A stretch of DNA of 51,679 nucleotides, from the NCBI GenBank assembly GCA_035647675.1, contig DASRMZ010000009.1:1-51679 (forward strand), given 5' to 3'. This document shows positions 40,956 to 50,863 of the stretch, in pieces; position 1 is the stretch's first letter; the number at the start of each line of letters is the position of its first letter. Both the position numbers and the translations under genes were made by a program. The stretch comes from Thermoclostridium sp. (GTDB taxonomy: Bacteria; Bacillota; Clostridia; DSM-8532). The notes under the pieces were generated by a model that was not told the origin of the DNA, did not search any database, and saw only the letters and a list, made by a program, of their open reading frames with translations.

Positions 40956-41065
40956 GACTTTGTTGTTAATTAATTATTAAAGTCCTTTTAAGCGTATGTT
41001 TTTGTGGAGTTTGTTTTGGGTGGACAACCCTTATAATAAATCCAATAAAAAAGGAGAGTTTTATC

Positions 41066-41623
41066 ATGAAAAAATACTTTGAAATTAGCACAAAAACAAT
41101 TGTTGCAATTGGGTTAGGCGCCGCTATTTTTATGTTATTATTTATGTTTGTCAAAGTGCCATCACCTGTTCCTGAGACTAGCTTCCAGACAGCATATGGT
41201 CTAAGCGCTTTATTTGCAACTCTATTTGGCCCTATTGCAGGTGGCCTAATCGCATTTATTGGACATGCCCTAAGTGATGCTATTCAATACGGTTCTCCTT
41301 GGTGGAGCTGGGTTATAGCAAGTGGAGTAGCAGCCTTCATTTATGGCTTTGCTTACAAAAACACAAAAGTGGATGAAGGCGAATTTAAGGGGAAAGATAT
41401 ACTTAGGTTCAATGTTATTCAAGTTGTTGGTAATGTCATAGCATGGCTTATCGTAGCTCCTCTTTTGGATATTATTATTTATGCAGAGCCTGTAAACCTT
41501 GTGTTTGCCCAGGGAGCTATTGCTGCACTGATGAATTCAATTAGTGCTGGCGTTATCGGAACACTATTATTATTGGCATATGCTGCAACACGCACCAAGA
41601 AAGGCAGCTTAATAAAGAAATAG
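41066..41623 (+). CDS. ECF transporter S component (UPF0397/MtsT-like)
   Basis: STKTIVAIGLGAA, FGPIAGGLIAFIGHALSD, YGSPWWSWVIASG; multiple TM helices. Confidence 0.88.
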   Translation: MKKYFEISTKTIVAIGLGAAIFMLLFMFVKVPSPVPETSFQTAYGLSALFATLFGPIAGGLIAFIGHALSDAIQYGSPWWSWVIASGVAAFIYGFAYKNTKVDEGEFKGKDILRFNVIQVVGNVIAWLIVAPLLDIIIYAEPVNLVFAQGAIAALMNSISAGVIGTLLLLAYAATRTKKGSLIKK

Positions 41624-41655
41624 GCACTATATATTACTAAGTTGGAGCAAAGACT

Positions 41656-43374
41656 ATGAGACAAGAGCCCATTATTGAATTTATTGACTATTCATTTCAA
41701 TACTTTAGTCAAGCCGAGCCAACTTTAATGGATATTAATTTAAAAATATATCCAGGGGAAAAGATATTAATTGTAGGACCTAGTGGGAGCGGTAAAAGCA
41801 CACTAGGTCACTGCATTAACGGTCTTATCCCTTTTGCTTATGAGGGCGAGATTAAAGGTACACTAAAAATAAAAGGTTTAGTTGCAAAGGAACAAAATAT
41901 ATTTACGCTATCAAAAATCGTAGGAACAGTTCTTCAAGATTCTGACGGTCAGTTTGTTGGTCTGACTGTGGGCGAGGATATTGCTTTTGCGTTAGAAAAT
42001 GACCGTGTTAATACCCTTCAAATGCATGATACTGTAGCGAAAGTTGCTGAAATGGTGGATATGGGCAAGCTTCTTAAATCATCACCCTTCGAGCTATCGG
42101 GTGGTCAGAAACAAAGAACTTCGTTAGCAGGTGTTTTGGTTGACGATGTGGATGTTCTTTTGTTTGATGAACCATTGGCAAATCTTGATCCCGCTACTGG
42201 GAAAACGGCTATAGAGATTATTGATGATATTCATAAAAGTACAAATAAAACTGTTTTAATTATTGAACACCGTCTTGAGGACGTCTTACACCGGGGTGTA
42301 GACAGAATCATTGTGATAGCCGATGGTCGCATTATTGCAAATATGGTCCCCGATGAGCTGGTATCATCTCAAATACTGATTGAAAATGGTATTCGGGAAC
42401 CTTTATATATCACTGCATTAAAGTATGCCGGCATTAATGTTCAAAAGGATATGTTTCCAAGTCACTTGGATACTTTAAAAATGCAGAAAGTAGTTCAGCC
42501 TTTAAATGCATGGTACAAACGCATTGAAGAACCCGAAAAACAAGATGAAAAACCCAGCATATTGAAGGTGGAAAATTTGTTCTTTTCCTATGATGGAAAA
42601 AAGAAGATTATAAATGATGTTACTTTTGATATTTCTGAAGGCGACATGATATCTATAGTTGGTAAAAATGGTGCAGGTAAATCCACTCTTGCCAAAATAT
42701 TATGTGGTTTTGAAAGCCAAGATTTGGGGGAAATCTATTATTACTCTGAGGATATAAAGGAAAAAAGCATTAAAGAACGAGCAGAGATTATCGGGCTAGT
42801 TATGCAAAATCCAAACCAAATGATTTCTAAATCACTTATATATGATGAGGTGGCTTTAGGTCTTCGATTAAGAAATGTATCGGAGGAAGACATAAAGGAA
42901 CGTGTTGAAAATGCACTGGAGGTATGTGGGCTTTCACCCTTTATTGAGTGGCCAATATCAGCTTTAAGCTATGGGCAGAAAAAAAGGGTAACCATTGCTT
43001 CTATTTTGGTTTTAGAGCCAAAGATTATTATTCTAGATGAGCCAACCGCAGGTCAGGATTATTATCATTATACAGAGATTATGAAGTTCCTTGAGAGAAT
43101 TAATAAAATGGGCGTAACTATAATCATGATCACTCACGATATGCATCTTATGCTGGAATACACGCCACGGGCAATCGTTTTATTAGATGGTGAGGTCATA
43201 GCAGATACAAGAGCATCCATTGTATTAACAGATTCAAATTTAGTTGCAAAGGCAAATTTAAAGGAAACATCACTCTATTTCCTTGCAGAAAAAGCAGATA
43301 TTGAGGATGGAACTCTTTTTGTACAAAGATTTATTGATTATGAAAAGGGGGTCAGAGAAGCAAATGAAGCTTAA
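41656..43374 (+). CDS. ECF transporter fused double ATPase (A-A')
   Basis: GPSGSGKST/LSGGQKQR/DEPLANLD and GKNGAGKST/LSYGQKKR/DEPTAGQD. Confidence 0.93.
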   Translation: MRQEPIIEFIDYSFQYFSQAEPTLMDINLKIYPGEKILIVGPSGSGKSTLGHCINGLIPFAYEGEIKGTLKIKGLVAKEQNIFTLSKIVGTVLQDSDGQFVGLTVGEDIAFALENDRVNTLQMHDTVAKVAEMVDMGKLLKSSPFELSGGQKQRTSLAGVLVDDVDVLLFDEPLANLDPATGKTAIEIIDDIHKSTNKTVLIIEHRLEDVLHRGVDRIIVIADGRIIANMVPDELVSSQILIENGIREPLYITALKYAGINVQKDMFPSHLDTLKMQKVVQPLNAWYKRIEEPEKQDEKPSILKVENLFFSYDGKKKIINDVTFDISEGDMISIVGKNGAGKSTLAKILCGFESQDLGEIYYYSEDIKEKSIKERAEIIGLVMQNPNQMISKSLIYDEVALGLRLRNVSEEDIKERVENALEVCGLSPFIEWPISALSYGQKKRVTIASILVLEPKIIILDEPTAGQDYYHYTEIMKFLERINKMGVTIIMITHDMHLMLEYTPRAIVLLDGEVIADTRASIVLTDSNLVAKANLKETSLYFLAEKADIEDGTLFVQRFIDYEKGVREANEA

Positions 43375-44197
43375 ATTGTTTTCTTATAATGTAATAGACA
43401 CTCCCATCCACAGGCTTTCTGGCCTGACTAAATTGATTTGTTTTTTGCTATTAACATTCGCGGTAATGTTCTCTTATGATATTCGTTTTATATTATTTGT
43501 TATGGCATTTTCCTTTGTTATATTAAAAATATCAAAAATCAGATTTTCGCAGATAAAGCTTATGCTCATTTATGTAGTGGTTTTTCTTATAACCAATGCT
43601 ATTTTGACATTCTTGTTTGAACCAGAATATGGTGTGGAGATATACGGAACCAGGCATGAGATATTAAGAATATTCGGAAGATACAACCTTACACAGGAGC
43701 AATTGTTATATCAAATTACCAAGGTGCTCAAATATGCTTCTGTCATACCCTTGGGAATAATATTTTTGCTTACAACTAACCCCAGTGAGTTTGCTGCATC
43801 ATTAAATGGAGTTGGTATTCCATATAAAGTAGCATATGCAGTTTCATTAACACTAAGGTATTTTCCAGATATACAAAGAGATTATCAGAACATTAGCCAA
43901 GCCCAGCAAGCAAGAGGACTTGAAATGTCAAAAAAGGCTAGCTTTGGCTCCCGTTTTAAAAATGCACTGCTAATTATCATACCATTGATTTTTTCAACTC
44001 TTGACAGAATTGAATCCATTAGTAATGCAATGGATTTAAGAGGTTTTGGAAAGTTGAAAAAAAGGACTTGGTATAGCAAAAAAACAATTATAACTGGGGA
44101 TTATATTGCTATGGGGTTATCAGTGTTGGTATTTGCCATGTCAATTTTAATATCTATCTTTATTAATGGCAGTAGATTTTTTAATCCCTTTATTTAG
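43364..44197 (+). CDS. ECF transporter T component
   Basis: AQQARG and AMDLRGF motifs; ATG 43364 overlaps the end of the ATPase gene. Confidence 0.92.
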   Translation: MKLKLFSYNVIDTPIHRLSGLTKLICFLLLTFAVMFSYDIRFILFVMAFSFVILKISKIRFSQIKLMLIYVVVFLITNAILTFLFEPEYGVEIYGTRHEILRIFGRYNLTQEQLLYQITKVLKYASVIPLGIIFLLTTNPSEFAASLNGVGIPYKVAYAVSLTLRYFPDIQRDYQNISQAQQARGLEMSKKASFGSRFKNALLIIIPLIFSTLDRIESISNAMDLRGFGKLKKRTWYSKKTIITGDYIAMGLSVLVFAMSILISIFINGSRFFNPFI

Positions 44198-44249
44198 AAT
44201 TAAGACAACTAGTTTAGACCGGGGGTCTGAACCGTTGTATAATTACATA

Positions 44250-44366
44250 AGGCTTTTGTGATGCAACCTAAATAAACATAAACTATATAATATGAAATAT
44301 GAAACTCTTATGTATACTACAATATACTGGACAACGGTATGCTAAATATGTAATGTCACAAAACGT
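44250..44366. repeat. Family-2 palindromic element (diverged)
   Basis: AGGCTTTTGTGATGCAACC...TGTAATGTCACAAAA; the outer stem shows a compensatory C-G to T-A change. Confidence 0.65.
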
Positions 44367-44401
44367 GTTACATTAATTTTCCATCAAAGGAGATTACCAA
44401 T

Positions 44402-45244
44402 ATGAAACCAATCCTTGTTTTCCAAACTGATTTTACTTACAAAGAAGGTGCAGTTTGTGCAATGTACGGTGTTGTCAAAAGTGTAGACCGTGAATTGGAG
44501 ATAATGGACGGTACTCATGAAATTCCAAAATTTGATGTCTGGAGTGCTTCATATCGGCTTTACCAGTCTATGAGGTTTTGGCCTGAAGGAACTATTTTTG
44601 TATCAGTTGTGGATCCTGGGGTAGGAACAGAACGTAAAGCAGCAGTTGCAAAAACAATTGATGGATATTATGTTGTATCGCCTGACAATGGATCTTTAAC
44701 ACATGTTCACAACATGGTTGGCATCGCTGAAATAAGACAAATAGATGAAAAAATCAATCGACTTAAAGGAAAAGGCACAGAAAGGGTCAGTATTTTTCAT
44801 GGACGTGATCTCTTTGGTTATTGTGCAGCAAGATTAGCAAGTGGCATCATTACCTATGAACAGGTAGGTCCTAAATATAGTGTGGACGAAATTGTGAAGC
44901 TTCCTGTTTTTGAACCGACGGTCGAGCCAGGATTGGCAAAAGGTATATTTGAGATTAATGATCCCAACTTTGGCAACCTGTGGACCAATATCACAACAGA
45001 TGAATTTTTTAAAGCTGGATTTAACTATGGGGATTATATCTATGTGAGTATTAAACATGGCGGAAAAGAGAGGTTTGCCGATAGAGTTCTTTTCGAAAGG
45101 TCCTTTGGTTATGCATCTGAAGGTGATGTGATGATATACACTAACGAATTGATGAAAATAGGCATGGCAATAAGTCAGGGAAGTTTCTTGGAAAAACATA
45201 ATTTATCTTATGGAGCTGACTGGGAGGTTGAATTTAAAAAGTAA
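44402..45244 (+). CDS. DUF62 SAM hydroxide adenosyltransferase (chlorinase/fluorinase family), paralogue 1
   Basis: FQTDF, VVDPGVGTER, PDNG, FHGRDLF, FGNLWTNI. Confidence 0.92.
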   Translation: MKPILVFQTDFTYKEGAVCAMYGVVKSVDRELEIMDGTHEIPKFDVWSASYRLYQSMRFWPEGTIFVSVVDPGVGTERKAAVAKTIDGYYVVSPDNGSLTHVHNMVGIAEIRQIDEKINRLKGKGTERVSIFHGRDLFGYCAARLASGIITYEQVGPKYSVDEIVKLPVFEPTVEPGLAKGIFEINDPNFGNLWTNITTDEFFKAGFNYGDYIYVSIKHGGKERFADRVLFERSFGYASEGDVMIYTNELMKIGMAISQGSFLEKHNLSYGADWEVEFKK

Positions 45245-45249
45245 AGAGG

Positions 45250-45339
45250 GTATTTTGCGAGGCTACTTATTTAAGTACCGCCGTACAATAACCTCATATT
45301 GTAAATGAAATATTTAAAAGGATACATCGCAAAAGCATT
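45250..45339. repeat. Family-2 element, shortened copy
   Basis: GTATTTTGCGA...TACAATA/TATTGTA...ACATCGCAAAAGCATT. Confidence 0.7.
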
Positions 45340-45359
45340 GAATAAGGAAGTGATATCTT

Positions 45360-46202
45360 ATGAGTAATATCTTGGTATTTCAAAGTGATTTCGGTCTATC
45401 AGATGGTGCTGTAGCAGCAATGTATGGAGTGGCACATGATGTGGATATGAATTTGAAATTGTACGACATAACACATGATATAACCCCATACAATACTTGG
45501 GAGGCGTCGTACCGACTGTTTCAAGCTATTGAGTTCTGGCCAGAGGGAACTGTGTTCGTTTCTGTGGTTGACCCGGGGGTTGGAACGGATAGAAAGAGTG
45601 TAGTAGCTCTAACAAATAAGGGGCATTATATTGTAACGCCTGACAATGGAACACTAACTCATTTAAAAAGATATATTGGAATGAAAGAAATGCGTGAAAT
45701 TGAAGAGTCAAAGCATAGACGCTCTGATTCACAAAACTCATATACATTTCATGGAAGGGATATATACGCATATACTGGTGCAAAATTAGCATCTGGACAA
45801 ATTGCTTTTGAAGGGGTTGGAGATGAGCTTAGCATTGATGATATTGTTGAGCTAGAGCTTAGCAGCGTTATAACGACTGACAAGAGTATAAAGGGTTCCA
45901 TAGACATTTTAGACATAAGATTTGGAAGCCTTTGGACCAATATAGAGAGAGACGATTTTTTAAAGCTTGGCATCGAGTATGGAGACTGGATTGAAGTGCT
46001 AATTAAAAATGGCTCTACTCTTGCATATAACAATAGGGTTACGTATGGAAAATCCTTTGCAGATGTATATGTGAGTGAACCCGTTATATATGTAAACTCA
46101 CTTTATAGAATGGCATTAGCCATTAACCAAGGCAATTTTGCAAAGGCTTATAGCATAGGTACAGGGAGGCATTGGACAATAGAGTTTAGGAAAATTAATT
46201 GA
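45360..46202 (+). CDS. DUF62 SAM hydroxide adenosyltransferase, paralogue 2
   Basis: FQSDFG, VVDPGVGTDR, PDNG, TFHGRDIY, FGSLWTNI. Confidence 0.92.
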   Translation: MSNILVFQSDFGLSDGAVAAMYGVAHDVDMNLKLYDITHDITPYNTWEASYRLFQAIEFWPEGTVFVSVVDPGVGTDRKSVVALTNKGHYIVTPDNGTLTHLKRYIGMKEMREIEESKHRRSDSQNSYTFHGRDIYAYTGAKLASGQIAFEGVGDELSIDDIVELELSSVITTDKSIKGSIDILDIRFGSLWTNIERDDFLKLGIEYGDWIEVLIKNGSTLAYNNRVTYGKSFADVYVSEPVIYVNSLYRMALAINQGNFAKAYSIGTGRHWTIEFRKIN

Positions 46203-46270
46203 GATATACATGTGAATAATAAATTTTCCGTTAGTGCATAGCTATATCTCAAAAGATAGCTATATATAAC
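46199..46270. repeat. Family-1 terminal module (copy G); supplies the upstream gene's TGA stop
   Basis: TTGAGATATACATGTGAATAATAAATTTTCC...TGCATAGCTATATCTCAAAAGAT matches 14333-14392 and ends in TAAC. Confidence 0.85.
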
Positions 46271-46500
46271 CATTGACATTTATATTTAGCGTTCTGAAGA
46301 CTTGGGCAACTTAAGTCTTTTTGATTATCTAAATAAGTAGTATAATGGCAATGTGTGTTACAATAGTAGAAATTAATGATCTATAATTATGAAATAAAAA
46401 TATTATTCTTTAGTTTTGGAACACTAAGCGGAAATCCTTGGTAATCCAATTGCCGAGTAGTTCACAATAGAAAGTATTATATATTTAAAGGGGTTTTAGA

Positions 46501-48594
46501 ATGTCTGAACTAAGTAAAATTTTTGGCTCGCAAGTCTTTAATGATTCGGTGATGCGTGAAAAGCTACCGGCTGCTACCTATCATGAAGTGAAAGATATAA
46601 TTGTTAATAACATGACTTTGGATTCAAACTTAGCAGAGGCTATTGCAAGTGCCATGAAAGAATGGGCTATAGAAAAAGGAGCTACGCATTATAGTCACTG
46701 GTTTCAGCCCATGACGGGAATGACTGCAGAAAAACATGATTCCTTTCTTTCTACAACAAAGGATGGAAATATTATTATGGAGTTTTCCGGAAAGGAATTA
46801 ATAAAGGGCGAATCCGACGCTTCTTCATTTCCGACTGGTGGAATTCGAGTTACTTTCGAAGCGCGCGGATATACCGCATGGGATTTTACTTCACCTGCCT
46901 TTGTAAAAGATAGAACCCTATACATTCCAACGGCTTTCTGCTCATACAGTGGAGAGGCTTTGGATAAAAAAACACCGCTTTTAAGATCCATGGATGCTCT
47001 AAATAAGCATGGTATGCGCGTGTTACGAGCTCTTGGAAACACGACTGCCAAAAAGGTGGTATCGTGCGTTGGTGCTGAACAAGAGTATTTTCTTATTGAT
47101 AGAAAAATGTTCATGAAAAGAAAGGATCTTATATATAACGGGCGCACACTCTTTGGCGCAAGCCCCCCAAAGGGGCAGGAGATGGGAGACCAATACTATG
47201 CTGCCATAAAAACAAGAGTATTAAGCTTTATGCAGGATTTGGATGTTGAATTGTGGCGGTTAGGAATCCCTGGCAAAACACGGCATAACGAGACAGCACC
47301 TGCACAGCATGAAATTGCACCAATTTTTAATATTGTCAATGTAGCAACAGATCAGAATCAGTTGATGATGGAAACCATGAAAAAGGTTGCAGCAAAACAT
47401 GGTTTAGCGTGCTTGTTACATGAGAAACCATTTGAAGGTGTAAATGGTTCGGGAAAACACAATAATTGGTCGATTGGTACTGATGATGGTGTTAATTTAT
47501 TGGATCCAGGCTCTAAACCTCATAAAAATCCTTTATTTTTGCTGATTCTATCAATAATCATTAAGGCCGTTGATGTGTATGCCGAGGTTATAAGAAGCTC
47601 GGTTGCCAGCGCAGGAAACGATCTTCGCCTTGGTACCCATGAGGCTCCTCCTGCTATTATATCTATTTGCTTAGGCGATCAATTAACAGATATTATAGAG
47701 CAAATTGATAAGGGAGGGGAAGCTACAAATTCAATAGGTTCTTCAAAGGTAAAGATGGGTGCTTCCGCGCTTCCTATATTTGCAAAGGATTTTAACGATA
47801 GAAATAGAACCTCTCCATTTGCATTTACAGGAAACAGGTTTGAATTTAGAATGGTAGGCTCATCAAGATCTATCGCAGGTCCAAACTTTATTATAAATAC
47901 AATTGCGGATATTTTCTCAGAAGTTGCTGATAGGCTTGAGGCCGTTAAGGATCCAAATGCAGAGGCAAAAGTCATTACGGCTGAATTTATCAGAAAACAT
48001 AAACGTATTATTTTTAATGGGGATAATTATTCTCAGGAGTGGGTGAAGGAAGCAGAAAAAAGGGGATTGTCCAATATCGATAATTTTGTCGATGCTAAAA
48101 GAACACTCCTTCAAGAGACAAATGTAAAAATGTTCGAAAGAATGTGTGTTTTATCAGAGAAAGAAAATCATTCACGCTATGAAGTGCTGGTGGAAAACTA
48201 TAACAAAACAAATAAGATTGAAGCCTTGACAGCCATTGAAATGGTAGAACGCGATATTCTTCCCGTAGTGTATAGGTATATCGGTGAGATAGCATCCTGC
48301 ATCAATCAGGTTAAAGCTACAAGCATTAACACCGCCGTAGAGACGCAGGAAAGAATATTAGAAGATATTTCAGTGCTGGCTGTATCCGCAGACAAAAAAG
48401 TAAGAAATCTTAAGGCAATATTGAAAGAGGTTTCATCAATTGATGATACGACATCGCAAAGCATTGAATATAGAGACAAGGTGATTCCTACAATGAAAAG
48501 TTTACGCAAGGATATTGACGAGCTAGAGACCTTTGTTGATGCAAAATACTGGCCAATGCCAACATATGGGGATATGCTGTTTGGGATGGATTAG
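46501..48594 (+). CDS. Glutamine synthetase type III
   Basis: HWFQPMTGMTAEKHD, TFEARGYTAWD, HEKPFEGVNGSGKHNNWS, DRNRTSPFAFTGNRFEFR. Confidence 0.95.
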   Translation: MSELSKIFGSQVFNDSVMREKLPAATYHEVKDIIVNNMTLDSNLAEAIASAMKEWAIEKGATHYSHWFQPMTGMTAEKHDSFLSTTKDGNIIMEFSGKELIKGESDASSFPTGGIRVTFEARGYTAWDFTSPAFVKDRTLYIPTAFCSYSGEALDKKTPLLRSMDALNKHGMRVLRALGNTTAKKVVSCVGAEQEYFLIDRKMFMKRKDLIYNGRTLFGASPPKGQEMGDQYYAAIKTRVLSFMQDLDVELWRLGIPGKTRHNETAPAQHEIAPIFNIVNVATDQNQLMMETMKKVAAKHGLACLLHEKPFEGVNGSGKHNNWSIGTDDGVNLLDPGSKPHKNPLFLLILSIIIKAVDVYAEVIRSSVASAGNDLRLGTHEAPPAIISICLGDQLTDIIEQIDKGGEATNSIGSSKVKMGASALPIFAKDFNDRNRTSPFAFTGNRFEFRMVGSSRSIAGPNFIINTIADIFSEVADRLEAVKDPNAEAKVITAEFIRKHKRIIFNGDNYSQEWVKEAEKRGLSNIDNFVDAKRTLLQETNVKMFERMCVLSEKENHSRYEVLVENYNKTNKIEALTAIEMVERDILPVVYRYIGEIASCINQVKATSINTAVETQERILEDISVLAVSADKKVRNLKAILKEVSSIDDTTSQSIEYRDKVIPTMKSLRKDIDELETFVDAKYWPMPTYGDMLFGMD

Positions 48595-48615
48595 TAAAGA
48601 TGATAGAAAAATGAG

Positions 48616-49446
48616 TTATTTTTTATTCAGGCTGTTTCTAAATTCGCTTGGGGAGGCTCCCTTTATCTTCTTAAAAGATTTTGAAAATTGGAATGGATCT
48701 TCATAGCCCACTGAACGGGAGATATCCCCTATAGTGAGCTCGGGGTTTTGCATTAAATCCACAGCTTTATCCATTCTATAGCTGATAAGAAAGCTTTGTG
48801 GTGACATGTTCAGGAGTCTTTTAAAGATTACGTATAAGTAGCTTCTATCCAGTCCAATATATGAGGCAATATCAGAAATGGATATCTTTCCGGAATAGTT
48901 TTTTGAAATAAACTCAATAACCTTCTTTACGTACTTTTCCTGTTCAAAGGATTTAGAGATATGCTGAGGCACTTCTTGATTGTTTTGTATCAATAGAGAT
49001 AGAAAAATATATAAATGTCCGAGAAGCATAAGTTCAGATGATGTATTTAACCTTGCCACCGAGATCATATTACTTAGGCAATCTTTTAACTTGTCATCTT
49101 CTTTATAGGTGAAAAAAGGCAGCTCAATGTCTATATTTGCTTTATTCAAGAAGGATTCGGCTTTTAGCCCTTGAAATCCTACCCAAGAATATGTCCACGG
49201 GTCACTTGAGCTGGCGGTATATGTAACCAGACGATTAGGGAATATCACAAACCCATCACCTTGAACCAATTTTCTTGTGGTTTTACCATCGTAAAAGGTG
49301 CCACAACCATTTAAAATATAGTGGACGATAAAGTGATCTCTAAGCCCTGGACCCCAAGAATAATCAGGCTTACACTTTTCTACACCGCATCTGTATACAT
49401 TCAGATCTGTTTGATCTGATTGATCAAAATAATACTTTTCTAGCAT
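48616..49446 (-). CDS. AraC family regulator (MsmR-like), divergent from galTK
   Basis: WGPGLRDHFIVHYI ligand domain; LDRSYLYVIFKR and VGYEDPFQFSKSFKK HTH. Confidence 0.93.
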   Translation of the reverse strand: MLEKYYFDQSDQTDLNVYRCGVEKCKPDYSWGPGLRDHFIVHYILNGCGTFYDGKTTRKLVQGDGFVIFPNRLVTYTASSSDPWTYSWVGFQGLKAESFLNKANIDIELPFFTYKEDDKLKDCLSNMISVARLNTSSELMLLGHLYIFLSLLIQNNQEVPQHISKSFEQEKYVKKVIEFISKNYSGKISISDIASYIGLDRSYLYVIFKRLLNMSPQSFLISYRMDKAVDLMQNPELTIGDISRSVGYEDPFQFSKSFKKIKGASPSEFRNSLNKK

Positions 49447-49604
49447 AACCCCTCAAACAACATAATGACATATTATAAAAACATTGTACCATTTACAATT
49501 GGTGGTTACAATAATACAATGAAAGTATAAAATAACATAGTTACAGTTTTACTTTTGTTATATGTATTAATTTTGCATTTTTAGGACAGTGTTAAGGATT
49601 AGTG

Positions 49605-49678
49605 CGTCATGTTGAGCGTTAGCGAAGAATCTTTGGGCCATCTATCGGGTCAAGATTCCTCGCAGGCTCGGAATGACA
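49605..49678. repeat. CGTC-type REP-like palindromic dimer
   Basis: CGTCATGTTGAGCGTTAGCGAAGAATCTT...AAGATTCCTCGCAGGCTCGGAATGACA. Confidence 0.7.
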
Positions 49679-49733
49679 GACTTACTTGCATCGCACTATT
49701 TACATTATAATGTACAAGAAAGGGGAAATTTTT

Positions 49734-50705
49734 ATGGCTGAAATACGTTGGAATCCATTTATTAAAGATTGGGTTATGATTGCATCCCACAGGCAGGATA
49801 GGCCTCAGATGCCAAAGGATTGGTGCCCATTTTGTCCAAGCTCAGGTAACGTACCTGACTATGATGTGCTAAAGTATGATAACGATTTTCCAGCTCTATC
49901 ACAAGAACCACCAGAGCCTGATCCTGTAGCAAATCATTTTTTAAAAGCTGAAGAAGCATATGGAAAGTGTGAAGTTATATTATATTCTCCAGAACATACT
50001 GTCACACTACCAGAACTATCTGAGGAACACATTGAAAAGCTGGTCAATCTATGGACAGAGCGATTTATTGAGCTTTCAAAGGACGAAAAGATAAAATATA
50101 TATTCATTTTTGAAAATAGGGGTGAGGTGGTTGGAGTAACCATGCCACATCCTCACGGTCAGATATATGGTTATCCTTTTATACCGAAAAAAATAGAGCT
50201 TGAACTTGAAGCGTCAAAGGAGTATTTTGATAATCATGAGGAATGCCTTATGTGTCGTTTCTTGAGTGAGGAGCAGGCCTTTGAACAAAGAATTATCTTT
50301 GAAAATCAAGACTTTTCAGTGATATTGCCCTTTTTTGCTGAATATCCTTATGGCGTAAATATTATTTCGAAAAGGCATGTTGAAAACCTTTCTCAAATGA
50401 GTGATGGAGAAAAAAGTAATCTTGCAAAAGCTATTCGTGAAACTGCTGGAATGTTGGATTCGCTTTTTGATACAACATTTCCCTATATGATGTGTATGCA
50501 TCAGAACCCTGTGAATGGCGAAAATACTCAAGACTATTATCATTTCCACATTGAGTTTTTCCCACCAATGAGGTCAAAGGAAAAACAAAAGTTTAATGCA
50601 TCTAGCGAAACAGGAGTATGGGCTCATTGTAATACCACAGCACCAGAAGAAAAAGCCGAGGAGCTTAAAATTGCACACCGGAAGTTTATTGCAAAGCAGA
50701 AATGA
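49734..50705 (+). CDS. galT: Galactose-1-phosphate uridylyltransferase
   Basis: CPFCP, NDFPAL, FENRGEVVGVTMPHPHGQIY (HPH active-site motif). Confidence 0.95.
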   Translation: MAEIRWNPFIKDWVMIASHRQDRPQMPKDWCPFCPSSGNVPDYDVLKYDNDFPALSQEPPEPDPVANHFLKAEEAYGKCEVILYSPEHTVTLPELSEEHIEKLVNLWTERFIELSKDEKIKYIFIFENRGEVVGVTMPHPHGQIYGYPFIPKKIELELEASKEYFDNHEECLMCRFLSEEQAFEQRIIFENQDFSVILPFFAEYPYGVNIISKRHVENLSQMSDGEKSNLAKAIRETAGMLDSLFDTTFPYMMCMHQNPVNGENTQDYYHFHIEFFPPMRSKEKQKFNASSETGVWAHCNTTAPEEKAEELKIAHRKFIAKQK

Positions 50706-50863
50706 TTATTTTTAGGCGTGTTCGGATTTGGAATTATAGGAGATGTTCTTTTTGAAAAAAATGAAAACCAAGAATGAGAAGCCAAGAATGAAAGCTGAAA
50801 ATGAAGAACTAAGAATAATCAAGGGGAATGGAACATTATTAAGTATATTTAGGGAGGTTGAAG

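Noticed and set aside
40956-41065. SAM riboswitch upstream of the ECF/DUF62 operon
   Set aside because: Only a small GGGT/ACCC hairpin is present; no SAM-I or SMK-box consensus was recognised.
44212-44232. Hairpin GTTTAGACC-GGG-GGTCTGAAC as a terminator or REP
   Set aside because: It has no T-tract and occurs once in the window, so no function can be supported.
13959-46270. Repeats as a CRISPR array or integron cassette array
   Set aside because: Copies are dispersed between housekeeping genes in both orientations, without regular spacers, cas genes or an integrase.
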